Positions 1 through 12,295 of a stretch of 64,000 bases of DNA are shown here, piece by piece. A program made the translations under genes and the position numbers. How positions within the stretch are numbered: the first letter of the stretch is position 1; the number at the start of each line of letters is the position of its first letter. The DNA comes from Oikopleura dioica. Its lineage: Eukaryota; Animalia; Chordata. The DNA is taken from positions 2,852,001-2,916,000 of the forward strand of contig OU015567.1 of the NCBI GenBank assembly GCA_907165135.1. The letters are read 5' to 3'. A model generated the notes under the pieces. It was not told the DNA's origin. It saw nothing but the letters and a program-made list of their open reading frames with translations, and ran no database searches.

Positions 1-3000
1 CTTTGGAGCTTGGTCTGGACTGGGATTCTTCGCACGCGGGTACTTCGGGGGTGGATTCTACAGTGGGGATGTCTTCTGAATGACTTTTGTCAAAAAAAAA
101 GAGGAAAAAGAAGGGATCTTACCGGGGTTAATAAGTACAAATTCCATACCATCAGGAGCGCTTCGAGATGATATGATCGTCGTTGTTTGATTCGCAGTCG
201 CATCATCCAGCTCTTCCTCGTCCTAAATTGAATTCATTAGACTCCCTTATCAGATTTCTCGACGGTAATCTACCTCGATATCTTGAACAAAGAGAGGACC
301 AGGCGGAGCAGAATAAACAACATCGGGCGTTTCCGTCGATTCGGAGGCGATAAAGTCAGAAGCATTAGCAGCGAACTCGGACACGTGCGTTGGGAGGGAA
401 TGCTAGTTGGAAATGGCGGTTGAATTTGGTTACTGGCAATTGACGACGTCGAATATTGACAACATTGACAACATGAGTTAAAACGATGGAAAACATCAAT
501 ACCCTCTTTTGATTTTTTCACTCATGAAATATCTTGGCTTCTGGGACAAGACTTTTTTGATTGGTTCAGACGAAAATTTCTGGCTTCTGATTGGCTCAAA
601 GCAAAAAATGATAGGGGCCTTCTTAAGGCCCTCTGTAGCCCCGATTTCATGATATATTGATCCTTTTCTTGAAGAAAAAGGATCTAACTGTACAAAAAAG
701 ACCAGTTAATCAACTGTACCCTATGATGAAGCCGTGCTCCCCGGCCAACCACGATGAGCTAAAGACAACTGAGAAACAAGTTATAAAATGAGACAACGCT
801 TTCGTTTGTGAAATATTTGTGAGTTCATGGACACCAGAGTACGCTAGTAGGAAAACAACGAGGAGATAAAAAACCTGATCAATGGGAAGGTCCGTTTTTA
901 TGTCGGGAGCGTCGGGGACGACATCGCTGGGCTCTTTTTGGACCGGCGCGACGGCGATTGGGGGGAGGGCTTCTTTGCGTTGAACTGAAATGATAAGTTA
1001 AAAGTTAGTGTATCTTACTTTTTTCATTATTTGAATTCAGAAGGAATTTCAGAACACTTGGAAAAATTCCAACGTCATGAAAACGCATGTAAAACAGCCT
1101 GAAGCACTTGACAGAAACACCGTAGCTTTCTCACCTTTTGTTGGTTTCTTGAGACCCGAAATTTCTTTCGTTTCCTTCTGGCTTTTGACAGGCGCTTTGA
1201 GTGGCTTGAGCGGGCGGCTTCTCACGCGACCAGGTCGTTCTTGAGAAGTGGCGGAGCTACAAAAATATTTTACGTTCAGAGTCAAGTGATTTGTGCAGCA
1301 GAAATCTATGCGTGGAAATTTTGTCCCTCTCAACGGTGAAAATGACCTTTTTTGACTCTCTCTCATGAAGGTGCCAAAAATGTGGTCATTTTGCCGTGTA
1401 AGGTTAAGCTCAAAAATCATCATTACAAAAGCATCTTACAGTTGGTCGCCTTGAACAGACATTTCACTAATAAAAAAGGTTTCACAAATGATGTTTTTTC
1501 TCGGATTTGAGCCGAAACTCACCTCATTCCATATGCCGCTCGCTTGAATTTTTCAACTCCAGCGGCAACGTAACTTTCTCCATCGCGAATTTGTGCGGCT
1601 AAAATTGATAGTCGCTGAAAGAGATGAAATCAAGATAAGGCTTTACCGTCGGTTATTTTCTCGCCCGACATGGCAAAAAGATTTCGGATAGCGTAGCCCG
1701 TCTTGGCCGAAATTTTGACGGCCACATCGTCGAGGATATAATCGAGCTTTTGGGATCGCGGGGATTTGAGTAGAAAGCGGAAATTTACTCGAGGATTGCC
1801 ATTTGCGTACACACTAGAATTAGAGAAAGAAATTGCCAGGGGAATGCTTTTCTTACGTGATGTTTTTCATGTGTTGATCATTAATATTCTGGAATCTGCT
1901 TGTGGCCGGAATCGACTTCTGAAAAGCATGCACGCGTGAGAAATGGCCGGGTTGATAAATTTATTAAATCTCCCAGGGGATCAAGGTGAAAAACGCTTTC
2001 CTCATTTACTATTCTCGAATTGCTTTATACCACGTTGACGCCGGCTTGATTATTACTGTACCAAATGAGTAAACAGCCAAAAAATCATGACTATTTTTAT
2101 TCAAGGAAAATCAAATTATAAAAACCTTCGAACAAAAAAATTTTTTTATTTTTTTTCTTCTCAAACCTTTTCCGAATTTACTTTTGCTCCTTTTTTTGTC
2201 TTCTCATTATCCGGTTTTGCATTTTCTTTGTTTCCTCCCGAAGAGGATTTATACGAAAAGCAACCGGCCTTCTCTCGAACCATTTTTTGGATTATGGCGG
2301 GAAGGGGCAAAAACAAGGGCCTGATTTTCATATTTTTAAGATTTTTCTGTTAGATTTCGCGGAATAGTTTTTCGCAGGGAAAGTGAGTTTCAGAACGACC
2401 CTTCTTAAAAACAAAGAAACTTGACTTACCTCTTCTCGGTGACGATAAGAGCGCGGATCCTTAACAAAAGAAGTTGAGACACTGAAATACAGGGCCGAAA
2501 ATTGACAGTAGAAGCCCCTTTTTGACTGACAATGGGCGGAACCTGTGATTTTGCTCGGCGGGGAGTCCGGCCATATTCCACTTTTTTAAACTTTTTGATG
2601 CCACCAGCGACATATTGCTTGCCACTCCCTAAAGCTTCCAGATCTTTCACGGGTTAAATATCGGCCCACTGATATTTCGTAATCAGCAGCCAAATAAGGT
2701 TAGGCCTTAATTAGCATATGATTTAGAGGCGATTTGATAGAAGCATATGGTATCGACTGATTTTTGTCTACCATACGCCATATGGCCTCGGTAATTCGAT
2801 GTAGCGATTCTCTTTTTTAACCCATTCCTAGTACGCGTGTGCCGCCCACAGGAGTGTATAGATTTCGGACGGCACCAAATGGCGCATTTACTCCTAAAAA
2901 AATTATAAATAATGATAATGAAAATGACGAAAATGATAACGGTTTAATTAAATCGACACCGATCTTTCCGCGGCTTCGCTTTTTTTGAGCTCGAAGCCGC

Positions 3001-3299
3001 TAGCGGCTTCTCGATCTGTTCAATTATAAATTTGTTGAAATCAAGGAAGAAAACTTTTTTGGCAACACTTGAAAAAGTAAGAACTCTCACCTGTGGTGAC
3101 ATCGCCAAGTAACGAGTCAAAAGTTGGGGTTCTCTTTGTATTTACAATGAATTTCTTTCATGTCTGGTTCCCACAAAACTCGACTCCGATTCCGGTAGTT
3201 TTATTGTTGAACCAGTTCCTTTCCAGAATGATGAGGGTCGCCATTGACGAAGACTGTGATCGTTTTGGCCGCGCGGGGCGGTTCCATCTTAGAAGGCAT
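1..3299 (-). CDS. DCDC2: Doublecortin domain-containing protein 2 (two DCX domains), multi-exon; 3' end runs off the window start
   Basis: Spliced translation MPSKMEPPRAAKTITVFVNGDPHHSGK|KFIVNTKRTPTFDSLLGDVTT|GVNAPFGAVRNLYTPVGGTR|VKDLEALGSGKQYVAGGIKKFKKVEY matches the first DCX domain of DCDC2 (APFGAVRNIYTP, YVAGG). A second DCX domain (YANGNPRVNFRFLLK...) lies at 1630-1812. Confidence 0.88.
2991..3014. repeat. Palindromic repeat unit GAAGCCGCTAGCGGCTTC (family also at 30216-30314, 30755-30818, 33290-33362, 33962-33992)
   Basis: Perfect 18-bp palindrome in a DCDC2 intron. The AAGCCGC(W)(W)GCGGCTT core recurs elsewhere in the window. Confidence 0.8.
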
Positions 3300-6200
3300 G
3301 GTTATTTTCTTGCTTGAGTTGGAAAAATAAACCCTTTTTTTATCCTCAGAATTTCAAAAAGCGCCAAAAAAGGCTTTCAATCGAGTCTTCCGGGGTCAAA
3401 ATATCTTTTTCTTTTCAACTTGAAAAGCTCTTTTTCAAGTTCCGATCTTTACGAGACTGTAATTTCCAACTGTAACTAGGCGATTGCTGTATTAATAAAA
3501 ATGAAAAGTGCAAAAGAAGAATTTCTCTTGGTAACGGCGGAAATATAACGTATAAAAATGGAGACAAAAAGTTGCCGGCTCAATTCAAAGACGATCTCGG
3601 TTGCAAGCGAAGAGGGGACGAAAACCGCCGGAGGGCGCGTGCTCAAATTTGGCACCTGGCTTGTGCTGCCAAAGTCGAAGCTGCCGGCAGCGCCGGCCTA
3701 ACCCGTGGGAATCCAGAAACCCCGGGAGTGTTTTCTGGATCATTTTTTTCGATAAATGATAGAATAATACATAAATATCAGCGTTATTTGCACTCAGTGG
3801 ATAATTTATACTGATTAAGTGAGAAAATAATGATTTCCAGAATTTTTTTTTGTAATAATAACTCAATAAAATCAGGATGGAATATTTTTTGACGATTTTA
3901 TAAAGAAAAATTTCTGAGGAACAAACCAGCATTTTGATAGCTTTGAATTATTGACATGATAATTTGGAACAGATTTGTGACAGCGCGTAATAAACTAATT
4001 GATTTATGCAGTGTAGAATCGATTTATCTGTCTTTTTTGTGCGTACTCTAATGATCGTCAATTATCACATCTGGTTGATTAACGCTGGAAAAATTCAACC
4101 CTTTTCGTAACCGTATTAGATTACCCTAACCCTGACGTTTGAACTTTGGGGCAAAAAATATGAGATTTGATCTAATTGATTCGTCAAAAATCAAATTGAA
4201 TGTACCACTAATTATCCGTTTTTTAATTCTGAATGCGAAATTGATCCGATCTGAAAGTAGCGGTCCAGAGAGAGTCAAGTGCATATATTCCGCTCTTGCG
4301 TCACGTGAGGCAGCTCTAACTGGCTGCTAGCTGCACCCTTGGGAGCCCAATTTGATCGTCACTAAAGCCGAATGGCAACTAGATCAGCAACACGAATTCA
4401 GATTCACCCGCCCTAATTAGCTCCCTCGAGACGAACACGTGAGAACTGAGTTCTGAACGGGTCCGCTTTTTTCTGTCAGTTCGTTTTTGATGAAAATTCA
4501 ATAAAAATCATGCTGGAAAAAGAAAAAAATCGGAATATCTTTCAATTAATAAAATCAATTATCAGAAAATTGCCATAAATTTTCAAGGGAAATTTCATTT
4601 TTACCCATTGAAATCAAGGAAGAATACTCAATTGAAGCGTTTTCTGAAGAAATTTTCGCGAAGAATATGTCATGAGCTTCTAAGCTTTTTGCGGTTACTC
4701 AAAATAAGAAAAGAAGGGAAGCTCTGAGTCGGAAGTTTCGAGAGCTCGATTCTTTATTGATTTTTTGTTTCATTTTTGAAAAGTAACACAAATAATAAGT
4801 CCTGTGAAAATGACCAAATCCAAACAGAACAGAAAAACTCACGCGATAGATTCCCCTATCGCTTGGATACAATCTCCCCTAGACAATTCTTAAAGTCCCG
4901 TTACTCTGCCTCCACTGACAGTAAATCAATAGACATGACCCCCACCCTTACTGTATCTTAAACTCACAAGAGCATCAAACAACACGTGTTCGTGTCAGAA
5001 TTTGACATTTCCAAGGTGCTGACAAAAGTCAAGGGGGAGAGAAATGAGCTTAAGGGTATCTCATCGGATCAGGAAAGGAAGCGGTTTCTCAAGGGTCTAC
5101 TCACATAAAATGGCTGGGAGCGCGTCGTCGTCATCTCTTGTTCTGCTCCTTAGGGCTTCATAAAGGTTTCTTCATTGGAAATTATCTCTTTTCTTTAAGG
5201 GTACACCACTTAGAAATTCGAAAAACTAAAGACGCTGTAGTCAGGTCCACCAAATATTTGATGACAAATCGTATCAAATCCATTTGGTGTCCAGGGCAAC
5301 AAAATTGCACTTGATGGGAATGATGATTTTAGAGCAGAACTGACCTTTCAAGAGAAGCGATTTGTTTTTATGGGAAAATTGGAACATGAAATGACACCGG
5401 GTTTTAACTCGCCGCAGGGCAGTTTTGACGTTGTTTCAGGGGAATAATTTCTAATCGTATTTTTTATTGTTTTTTTTCGAGCAAAAAGATCAGAAAAAAA
5501 TATTTCTATAAAAAAAATTTTCTCCGATATTATTTTTTCTCGTAATTATTATAAAAATACCATTTTTTACTCCCATGGCTTTAATTTCAAATGAGAACAT
5601 CCTCAAAGATGCTCAAGAAAACAAGAAAGAGGGGCGATTCAACCAATTGAGTTCTTTTTTTTTTTGTTTAAAAGTTTGAACATCAGCTGATAATTCAAAT
5701 AAGCAATAAACATATCCTCATATACCCATTTATCCCGTCTCATAATCCGTGTGCCAAGTCTTTTCTTTTGGCCGTTTCCTAATTGCTCCCCCGAGTCCTT
5801 ATTAAACAAGCTCGAATTGTCACATTTTTCAGAAAACATTTCAATTGCAAAAATAGCAGATTTGACCTTGGCGGGAGTCAGAAACCTTGACCTTGAATCT
5901 GAATTGGAATTGATCTTCTCTCGAAAAAGGCTTCGCAAAGTTGAAAAAAAGAAGCTGCTCTTTCTATCGTCAGAAAACGGTCTTTCTTGCTTTCAATCGA
6001 TTGCGACTCCTCCTCGGGGAGAAAAAGAGAAAAAAAGGGAGGAAAGTCAAAAGCCCCTTCTGCTAAATGCGCTCTGTCTCTCTTTTTTTCTACCACAGGC
6101 GATTTGCGCAAAGTTTCGATGAATCTTTAATTCTTGACTTTTTGCGACTTCTGCCGGCTCTTTTTATACATATCAGCAAGTATTTAAAATCGAAGACAAA

Positions 6201-7663
6201 AAGTACTGCTCAAACATTCGGCTTGTCCTTCAGAACGGTCAGAATTACAGTCGTGGTAAAGTTCGATAGTAAAAGTTTTACAGTAGAACTACTGTTCAAA
6301 AAAGAATGTGTCGTTTTTGGTTACTATTAATATGGCAACTTTAAAGTGACTTTGACGTTGACACTTTAAAAATCGTCATTGGAAACCAAGATTGCCAGTT
6401 AAAAACACAAATTGTGCCGAAGATTAAAGACTTCCGATTTTAAAATCATTTTAGCTTAGTCATTTTCGGCTTAGATTTCTACCTTCATCGAAAATCATTG
6501 TCAGCAAATAAATTGTGGAAAGAAAACTGAATAAAAAATGAAGCTGGAACGCGAAGATCAAGGCGCGCATTTGCTTGTCGATATTGAGCATTTCATATGC
6601 TAGCCATAAAATTTGCAAGAGCGAGATCGGTTCGGAATAAATTATGATCATTTTGCTCTTTACATCGTCGTTTTTATTTCATCAAAATAAAAAAGTAATA
6701 TTTATTTGATGCGAAAATGCAATGTCGTTTGGTGGACCAACCCTTTTTAGCCACTAAGAAATCTTCGTAAAGTTCAAAAAATCTCTTGAATCAGCAAAAA
6801 ACTTGGTTCCTTTCAATTTTCCATTTTGTAAGGAATTGGTTGTATGAATAAGTTTTTCAGCATTTTTCAGTGAAAAGAAGCTTGCTTAGACGTTACCAAG
6901 ACGAAAAGCGCTTTCTCCTTAGTTTTTTTCTTTTTGTCGAAAAATGGACGAAAACAATGAATGACTGGAACTACTGAGACCTCCCCGTACTACTGAGAAA
7001 ATAGAAAAGAATTTAAATTCGAAAAACTTTTTTTTCAAAAAATAAAGAAAATTTTTTCTGTTTTTTTTTTTACTTACAGTGAGTTTGGAAAGAACATGCG
7101 GAAAACGTTGTTTGTTCATCTTTCTGAAAGTCGGCTGAAAAACGACAGGATTTGCCAATCCCATCGGGACTTGATCTTCAAGTTCTGTCATCTTCTTTTC
7201 ATCTCTAGAATTTTTTCTTTTTCATGACTTCCTCTTCCTTGTTTTTCATTTTTTTCTTGATGAGCTCAATTGCAAGCTTTTTGCAACTTGGCAACGCTTA
7301 TTGTTCCCACTGCCCGCCCATTTTCAGTCATTTTTTCAGTCAATTAAGGGAATATACAGTCAATTTTGCCTTGCCAATAAAAATGAGGGAATCATATAAA
7401 ATCATGACAAAAATGAAAACTCACGGTTTTTGGCCGTTTTTGAGAATTCGGCCGTCTTATTTTTTCACTTGTTCTTGGCCTTGCAAAAGCCATTTTCGAT
7501 TGTCACAAGATCTCGATATTGCTACCGAAAGATTTGAGGATCAAAGTAAGGATCCCCGCTGCGAGTGGTAGTCACGTCTAAGCCTATCACCAGACGAAAA
7601 ATAGCCAGTTTTATAAGCTCCTCCAGGATCTGACGCTACAAGATTGATGAGGCAACAAGAATA

Positions 7664-8300
7664 CAGCCGGAGTCCAAAACAAGGGACTTTTTTTGGTCCC
7701 AAAATTGTCGAAAATAGTCCCTTAAATTGGGTCATGAATAGGGTAAATCACTAATAATTGAGCTTTTTTTTGGGCTTAGTAGGGTAGGCATGTAATACCG
7801 TTTTAGAAAGCCCAGAAGCTGGGGATCATTTTGACTATTGATACTGGGGGGTGATCTTGTACCCTGAGGCCATTTAGGTAACTCCAAAGTCCCAAAATCT
7901 GGCCAATTTCGGACATTTGAATTTTTGAGTGCTTGGAGTGGCCTTTCAGAGCCAGCGACTATGCTAGAATTGTAGCCCAGGCTCTGACGGTCATTTTAAT
8001 CCCCAGCTTCTGGGCTTTCTAAAACGGTATTATATGCCTACCCTACTAAGCCCAAAAAAAAGCTCAATTATTAGTGATTTACCCTAGTCATGAAGGAAAA
8101 TTTTCGGGCGCAGCGAAATTTTCGACAAAAACCTTCTAGAGCAGTTTTTTGCTATTGAAGAAGCTGAAAATGCTGTTTCTGTCTCTACGAATCCGGCTTC
8201 TAAAGCGATTACGTATTTTCAATCACAAATCCGAAAGATTTTCGGCATTTTTCGTCAAAAAGTCCCTTATCTTGGTGTCCCTTATTTTGGACTCCGGCTG
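7664..8300. mobile_element. Tc1/mariner-type non-autonomous element (MITE) carrying a nested hAT MITE
   Basis: TIR CAGCCGGAGTCCAAAA(C/T)AAGGGAC at both ends, with TA flanks at 7662-7663 and 8301-8302. Confidence 0.85.
7739..8086. mobile_element. hAT-type MITE with ~90-bp TIRs
   Basis: Termini TAGGGTAAATC...GATTTACCCTA, near-perfect long inverted repeats, and an 8-bp TSD GTCATGAA (7731-7738 and 8087-8094). Confidence 0.9.
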
Positions 8301-8377
8301 TAATCATGTGGGGAAATAAAGAATCGCAAAAATTATAAAGATTTTAAGTTTATTTTTAATTACAGAAAAAAAAGAAA

Positions 8378-10909
8378 TTAGAAAAGAAACTGTATATTCC
8401 AGCGTATATATCCCTTGGCTCCATCAGGAGCATTTCTGTTAGGAGTTGAAACACCTTGCTCAGATCCGCCAGAGCTGTAAATTTCGGAAGTTAAACTTGA
8501 AGAACTTCCAGTTGTTGGATTGATGTTTTCTGCAGTCGCTCGAAAGTTGGAAGAGCCTTAATAGTCAAAAACTGAAAATAATTGAAAATTACCATTGCTG
8601 TTTGTTATATAGAGATACCAAGTTGAACCACCAGATGATGCGGATCCTTTCCTTGGAGCTCTGATTCGTAACCCATTGATTGTCTTGTCATAGCCCGTCT
8701 CCCAATGAAACTTCGAAAAATATATTCTTTTATCGGCTTTAGAACTTACTTTTAGATTTATTTGACGAAGACCATTTTTAACTTTTTCAGCTATAAGTGA
8801 GTGTGATAAACGATCATTGTTATATTGTCCATTTGGGAGCGGACTTCTCGTCGATCCTTCATCCGACCCAAAGTAAAAGCCTAAAAAAGAAATTAAAAAT
8901 TTTCAATATCTTATAGATACCTAAGCCCCTCAAACTTTCGGCATCCGAAAAGAAGACCCTGGAAAACGATCTCGCTGATGACAAGTCAGATTTAACACTT
9001 GAAAGACTGCTCTCCAAACTTCTGACGCTAGAAGCCTTTGAGCTGACCGAACTTTCGAGGCTGCTGATCTTTGAGTTTTTGCTCTTAACATCGCTTTGAA
9101 GACTTGAAATCGTTGAGTTCTTGCTTCTGACATCGTATTCGAGACTTTGAATCTTCGACTTTTTATTGTACATTTCGCTTTCCAAATTTCTGATAGTCGA
9201 GTCTCGCTGACTAACGGTGCTCTCAAGACTAGAAACCCTCGACTCGATGGATGAAATTCGTGAGTTCTTCTCTTGAACAGTTTGTTCAAGGCTTGTCACA
9301 CGGGTGCTTCGCTCATGAAGAAGACGTTCAAGATTTTCTTTCGTTTCCTGATGCGCCGTTTTTTCCTGCTCTAGTGCCTTTTCTTTCTCCTCTTTCAAAG
9401 TTTCGAAGTTCTCCGCTTTTGTCTTCTCCTTTTCGAATTTATCTTCTGCCTTTTCGAGCTCGCCATCTTGAAATTTTTTGATCGCTCTGAGTTTCTCGTC
9501 GACTTTTTGCATCAAAAACTCATTGATTTCTGCTCTGAATCGACCCTCAAATTCTTCCGGAAGAAAGAATTTTCGCTGGGAATTTTTCTCAAAAAGCGGT
9601 CTGAAAAGAAAGTTTCAGAACCTTTTCATATTCAAGAGACTTACCCTTGAATGGCTGGGAAATCGAGAAAATCTTCTTGAGAATATTCTTCGATAAGATT
9701 CATCACATGCTTTTTTGCTTGATCGAGTTGTCTTTTGAAGTCGTTTTCCGCGCTAAAATAATTGAGTATATTCTCCGATAAATTTTTTATTGAAAACCTT
9801 GTTGCTACGATTGTCTTCACTTCGGGCATTTTACCGTCTTCAAATATTTTTGCATAGCTCTTGAAATAATCAAGAACCTCTGAAACTTTCAGTTCTTCGT
9901 TACAGAGACTTCGTTTTGCTGGAATATCCTCGATGACTTGAGTGATCATACATTGAATATTTTCAACGAAATCAGGATCAAGCATTTTCAGGTTGCCATC
10001 AAAGTTTCCCATCTTTCCTGGGCTCGGGAGACAGAAGGCTTGAAATTTCTAAAAAAGAAAATGCTGAGAAAATATTTTTAAAAAGTATTTACCTCGAAAG
10101 ACGCTGAAAAATCAATGTCTTTCTTCTGTTTTCGAACGATTGAATTAAGCATTTCTTGTCCTTCTTCAAAGCCAAATTTTTCCTCTAAAAATTTTCTTAA
10201 AATCGGAGTTGACAAGGAGGCAGTGCCTACCTAGCGAATAATCACGAATAGTAAAAATGAAATTCTGAAATGGCGTTGTTGTCACTTTGTCTTTAATAGC
10301 AAGCCGTCCAACTTCGGTGAAAAGATGAAGATTTGCAATGTCGTTCGCATCAATTTGGTTTTTCACATTCGCAAGTTGAAGGCTAATTTATAAAAGTTGT
10401 TTGTAAATGAGAAGAACTCTACCTGGAAAGAAAGGTGGAAAGAGAAAATATAATCGCACTATCGTTAATGTTGTTCTCGTGGTCAAATGCGCCTTCAGTA
10501 TCGATGAGAAGAATGCCAATTTCCTCTCGAGACTTCGTCTTCACCGTAAAAATTTTGGAAGAGCAGTAAACTCCTTGTGTCTCGCGCTCTTAAAATTTCA
10601 TTATTTTTGAAAATTTTCAAGTTCACAACCTTTTCCGCCGCGATATTTGAAGCAATCATTGATGTTAAACTCTTCTGCCTCCCAAGGATCTTCTCCAGCT
10701 TCAAGTTTCTCGAGATATTTGAACAAGACGCTTTGGAAAAACGATTTTCCAGTGCGAAATGCTCCGACAATCGAGACAACTGCAAGAGGCATATCTTGAG
10801 ATTTTGCAGTTTTGAGGACATTTTCTAGCGCTTCCTCGTTGAGAATAAATCTTGACGAAGTTTTGCCGGCTTGCTCGACCTCTTCTCTTTTTATCAATTG
10901 GACGCTCAT
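8378..10909 (-). CDS. Atlastin/GBP-family large GTPase with long C-terminal coiled coil and beta-rich terminal domain; no TM hairpin seen
   Basis: Motifs GAFRTGKS (P-loop), RGGKERETQG (G2), LLIDTEGAFD (G3) and IRDYS (atlastin RD-type G4). NLHLFTEVGRLA resembles atlastin QHLQLFTEYGRLA. Coiled coil at 8859-9515 ORF; GT-AG spliced terminal exons end ...YIRWNIQFLF* at 8378. Confidence 0.85.
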
Positions 10910-10972
10910 TTTTCGATGTTTTCTGTGAAAATGATGCAGATTTTTATTTTGATGCGGTATTTATACCAGTAT

Positions 10973-11206
10973 TGTGAGGTCTTAGTGCTGAAAGTCGGTT
11001 AGAGATCTGATTAGGATCTCGCGCCGCGCTCTTCCCTGCCACTTTTACGAACACTGCATCAGTCCGCGCACAGTAAAAGTGCAGAATACACGCTTTTTCG
11101 GAAACTACCTTTCCTCGTGTTTTATTGAAGATACAGTAGAGGCTACGACTAGCTGATAAAGAGAACGCCTAGTACTCAGAGCAGACGCAGTACTTAGACG
11201 CTTACA
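10973..11206 (+). repeat. 5' LTR (234 bp)
   Basis: TGTGAGGTCTTAG...GACGCTTACA; direct repeat of 14187-14422. Confidence 0.93.
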
Positions 11207-11752
11207 TCTGGTGACAATACGCTAAGCTTCTTTCTTCACTGGACTCATCCGAACCCACGTTCGCCCTCATCACCGGCACTTCCTGCTGCGAAGCTAGAAG
11301 TGTTATTTACTTGGTGTGACCACTCGCCAAGTCGATCGAGCGATCTTCCGCCGTTCCCGTGTTTGATAAACCGCTGGAGCTCGTGAATCAAGTCGCGTCC
11401 GCGCGCCGCACAGTAACTCTTCTGTGCGCACTTACGAGGTCAGTCAAAGTTGTGAAACTGTAACTGCCGCATTTTATCGCCCTGAACACCGTTGAACTCG
11501 TCTCCGACCGCGCCCGAATTGCTCATTTCGCCGCCGGCTACCTGGAACACACACTTCACGTGAAAAAGTCGCCACGTGCGCCGCTCAAGGAAATTTCCAG
11601 TTACTTGAGCGCCTTGTAAAGGTACAATATCTTGTTGTGAACCTCTTACCGCCAATTCCGTTATGCCGCGCCGCCGATTTTGATCAATCCCGCCAACGAA
11701 ACACCGTGAATTTCGCCGATCCCAATCTCCAACGACAGTTTGGCCCGCCAAA

Positions 11753-12295
11753 ATGTCTTCTTCCAGCGCCTGTTACGCGCTCAACCTCTCCGAAGATCGT
11801 ATCAACTCGTGCATCTGCGTCAGCATGTTGACCAACTTCATGTCCGAGATCTCGGATTATGTTATGAAGCTTGCATCGGTCAACCCTGCGCTACTCAAAG
11901 CCTCTTTAGAAGCGATCAGAACTCGCCATAAGCTAATAAAGGCCCGAATTAAGGCTTTATTGGAGTTCGAACATTCACCTGGAGCCTCTCGCACTGATCC
12001 AATCGAGACCCAGAGTTCTGACGACTCAGCTGACGTCCATGACTCCGCTATTGGCACCGATTCCGCTTCTCCCGTTGATAACGACCAAGCTTTTTCGGAT
12101 CGAGAGTTAGATCGGCGCAACTCTAACTCCACTTCCCCGCGCAACTCACCTTCTCGAAACCTTCCAGACCTGACTTCACAGTCACTCTCGCCGAACATTC
12201 TTCAACCGTCAAAAACGGCATGTTCGACACTGGCGCCGACGATGTTATCTTGCCTAAATGGCTGCCAAAATGGCACATCCCTGACGAACTTTTGA
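11753..12295 (+). CDS. Retrotransposon ORF1 (gag-like remnant), overlapping pol in the -1 frame
   Basis: 180-aa ORF inside the LTRs, upstream of and overlapping the protease ORF. No recognisable motif. Confidence 0.45.
   Translation: MSSSSACYALNLSEDRINSCICVSMLTNFMSEISDYVMKLASVNPALLKASLEAIRTRHKLIKARIKALLEFEHSPGASRTDPIETQSSDDSADVHDSAIGTDSASPVDNDQAFSDRELDRRNSNSTSPRNSPSRNLPDLTSQSLSPNILQPSKTACSTLAPTMLSCLNGCQNGTSLTNF

Noticed and set aside
3521-3535. Possible RFX X-box upstream of the ciliary gene DCDC2 (ATTTCTCTTGGTAAC)
   Set aside because: Only the right half-site (TGGTAAC) fits the consensus; too weak to call without conservation data.
4776-7571. Scattered exon-like blocks and short ORFs on both strands (for example 5105-5190, 5751-6122, 6460-6651, 7075-7205)
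   Set aside because: Some have plausible splice sites and probably belong to a gene, but I could not assemble a consistent frame or recognise a domain.
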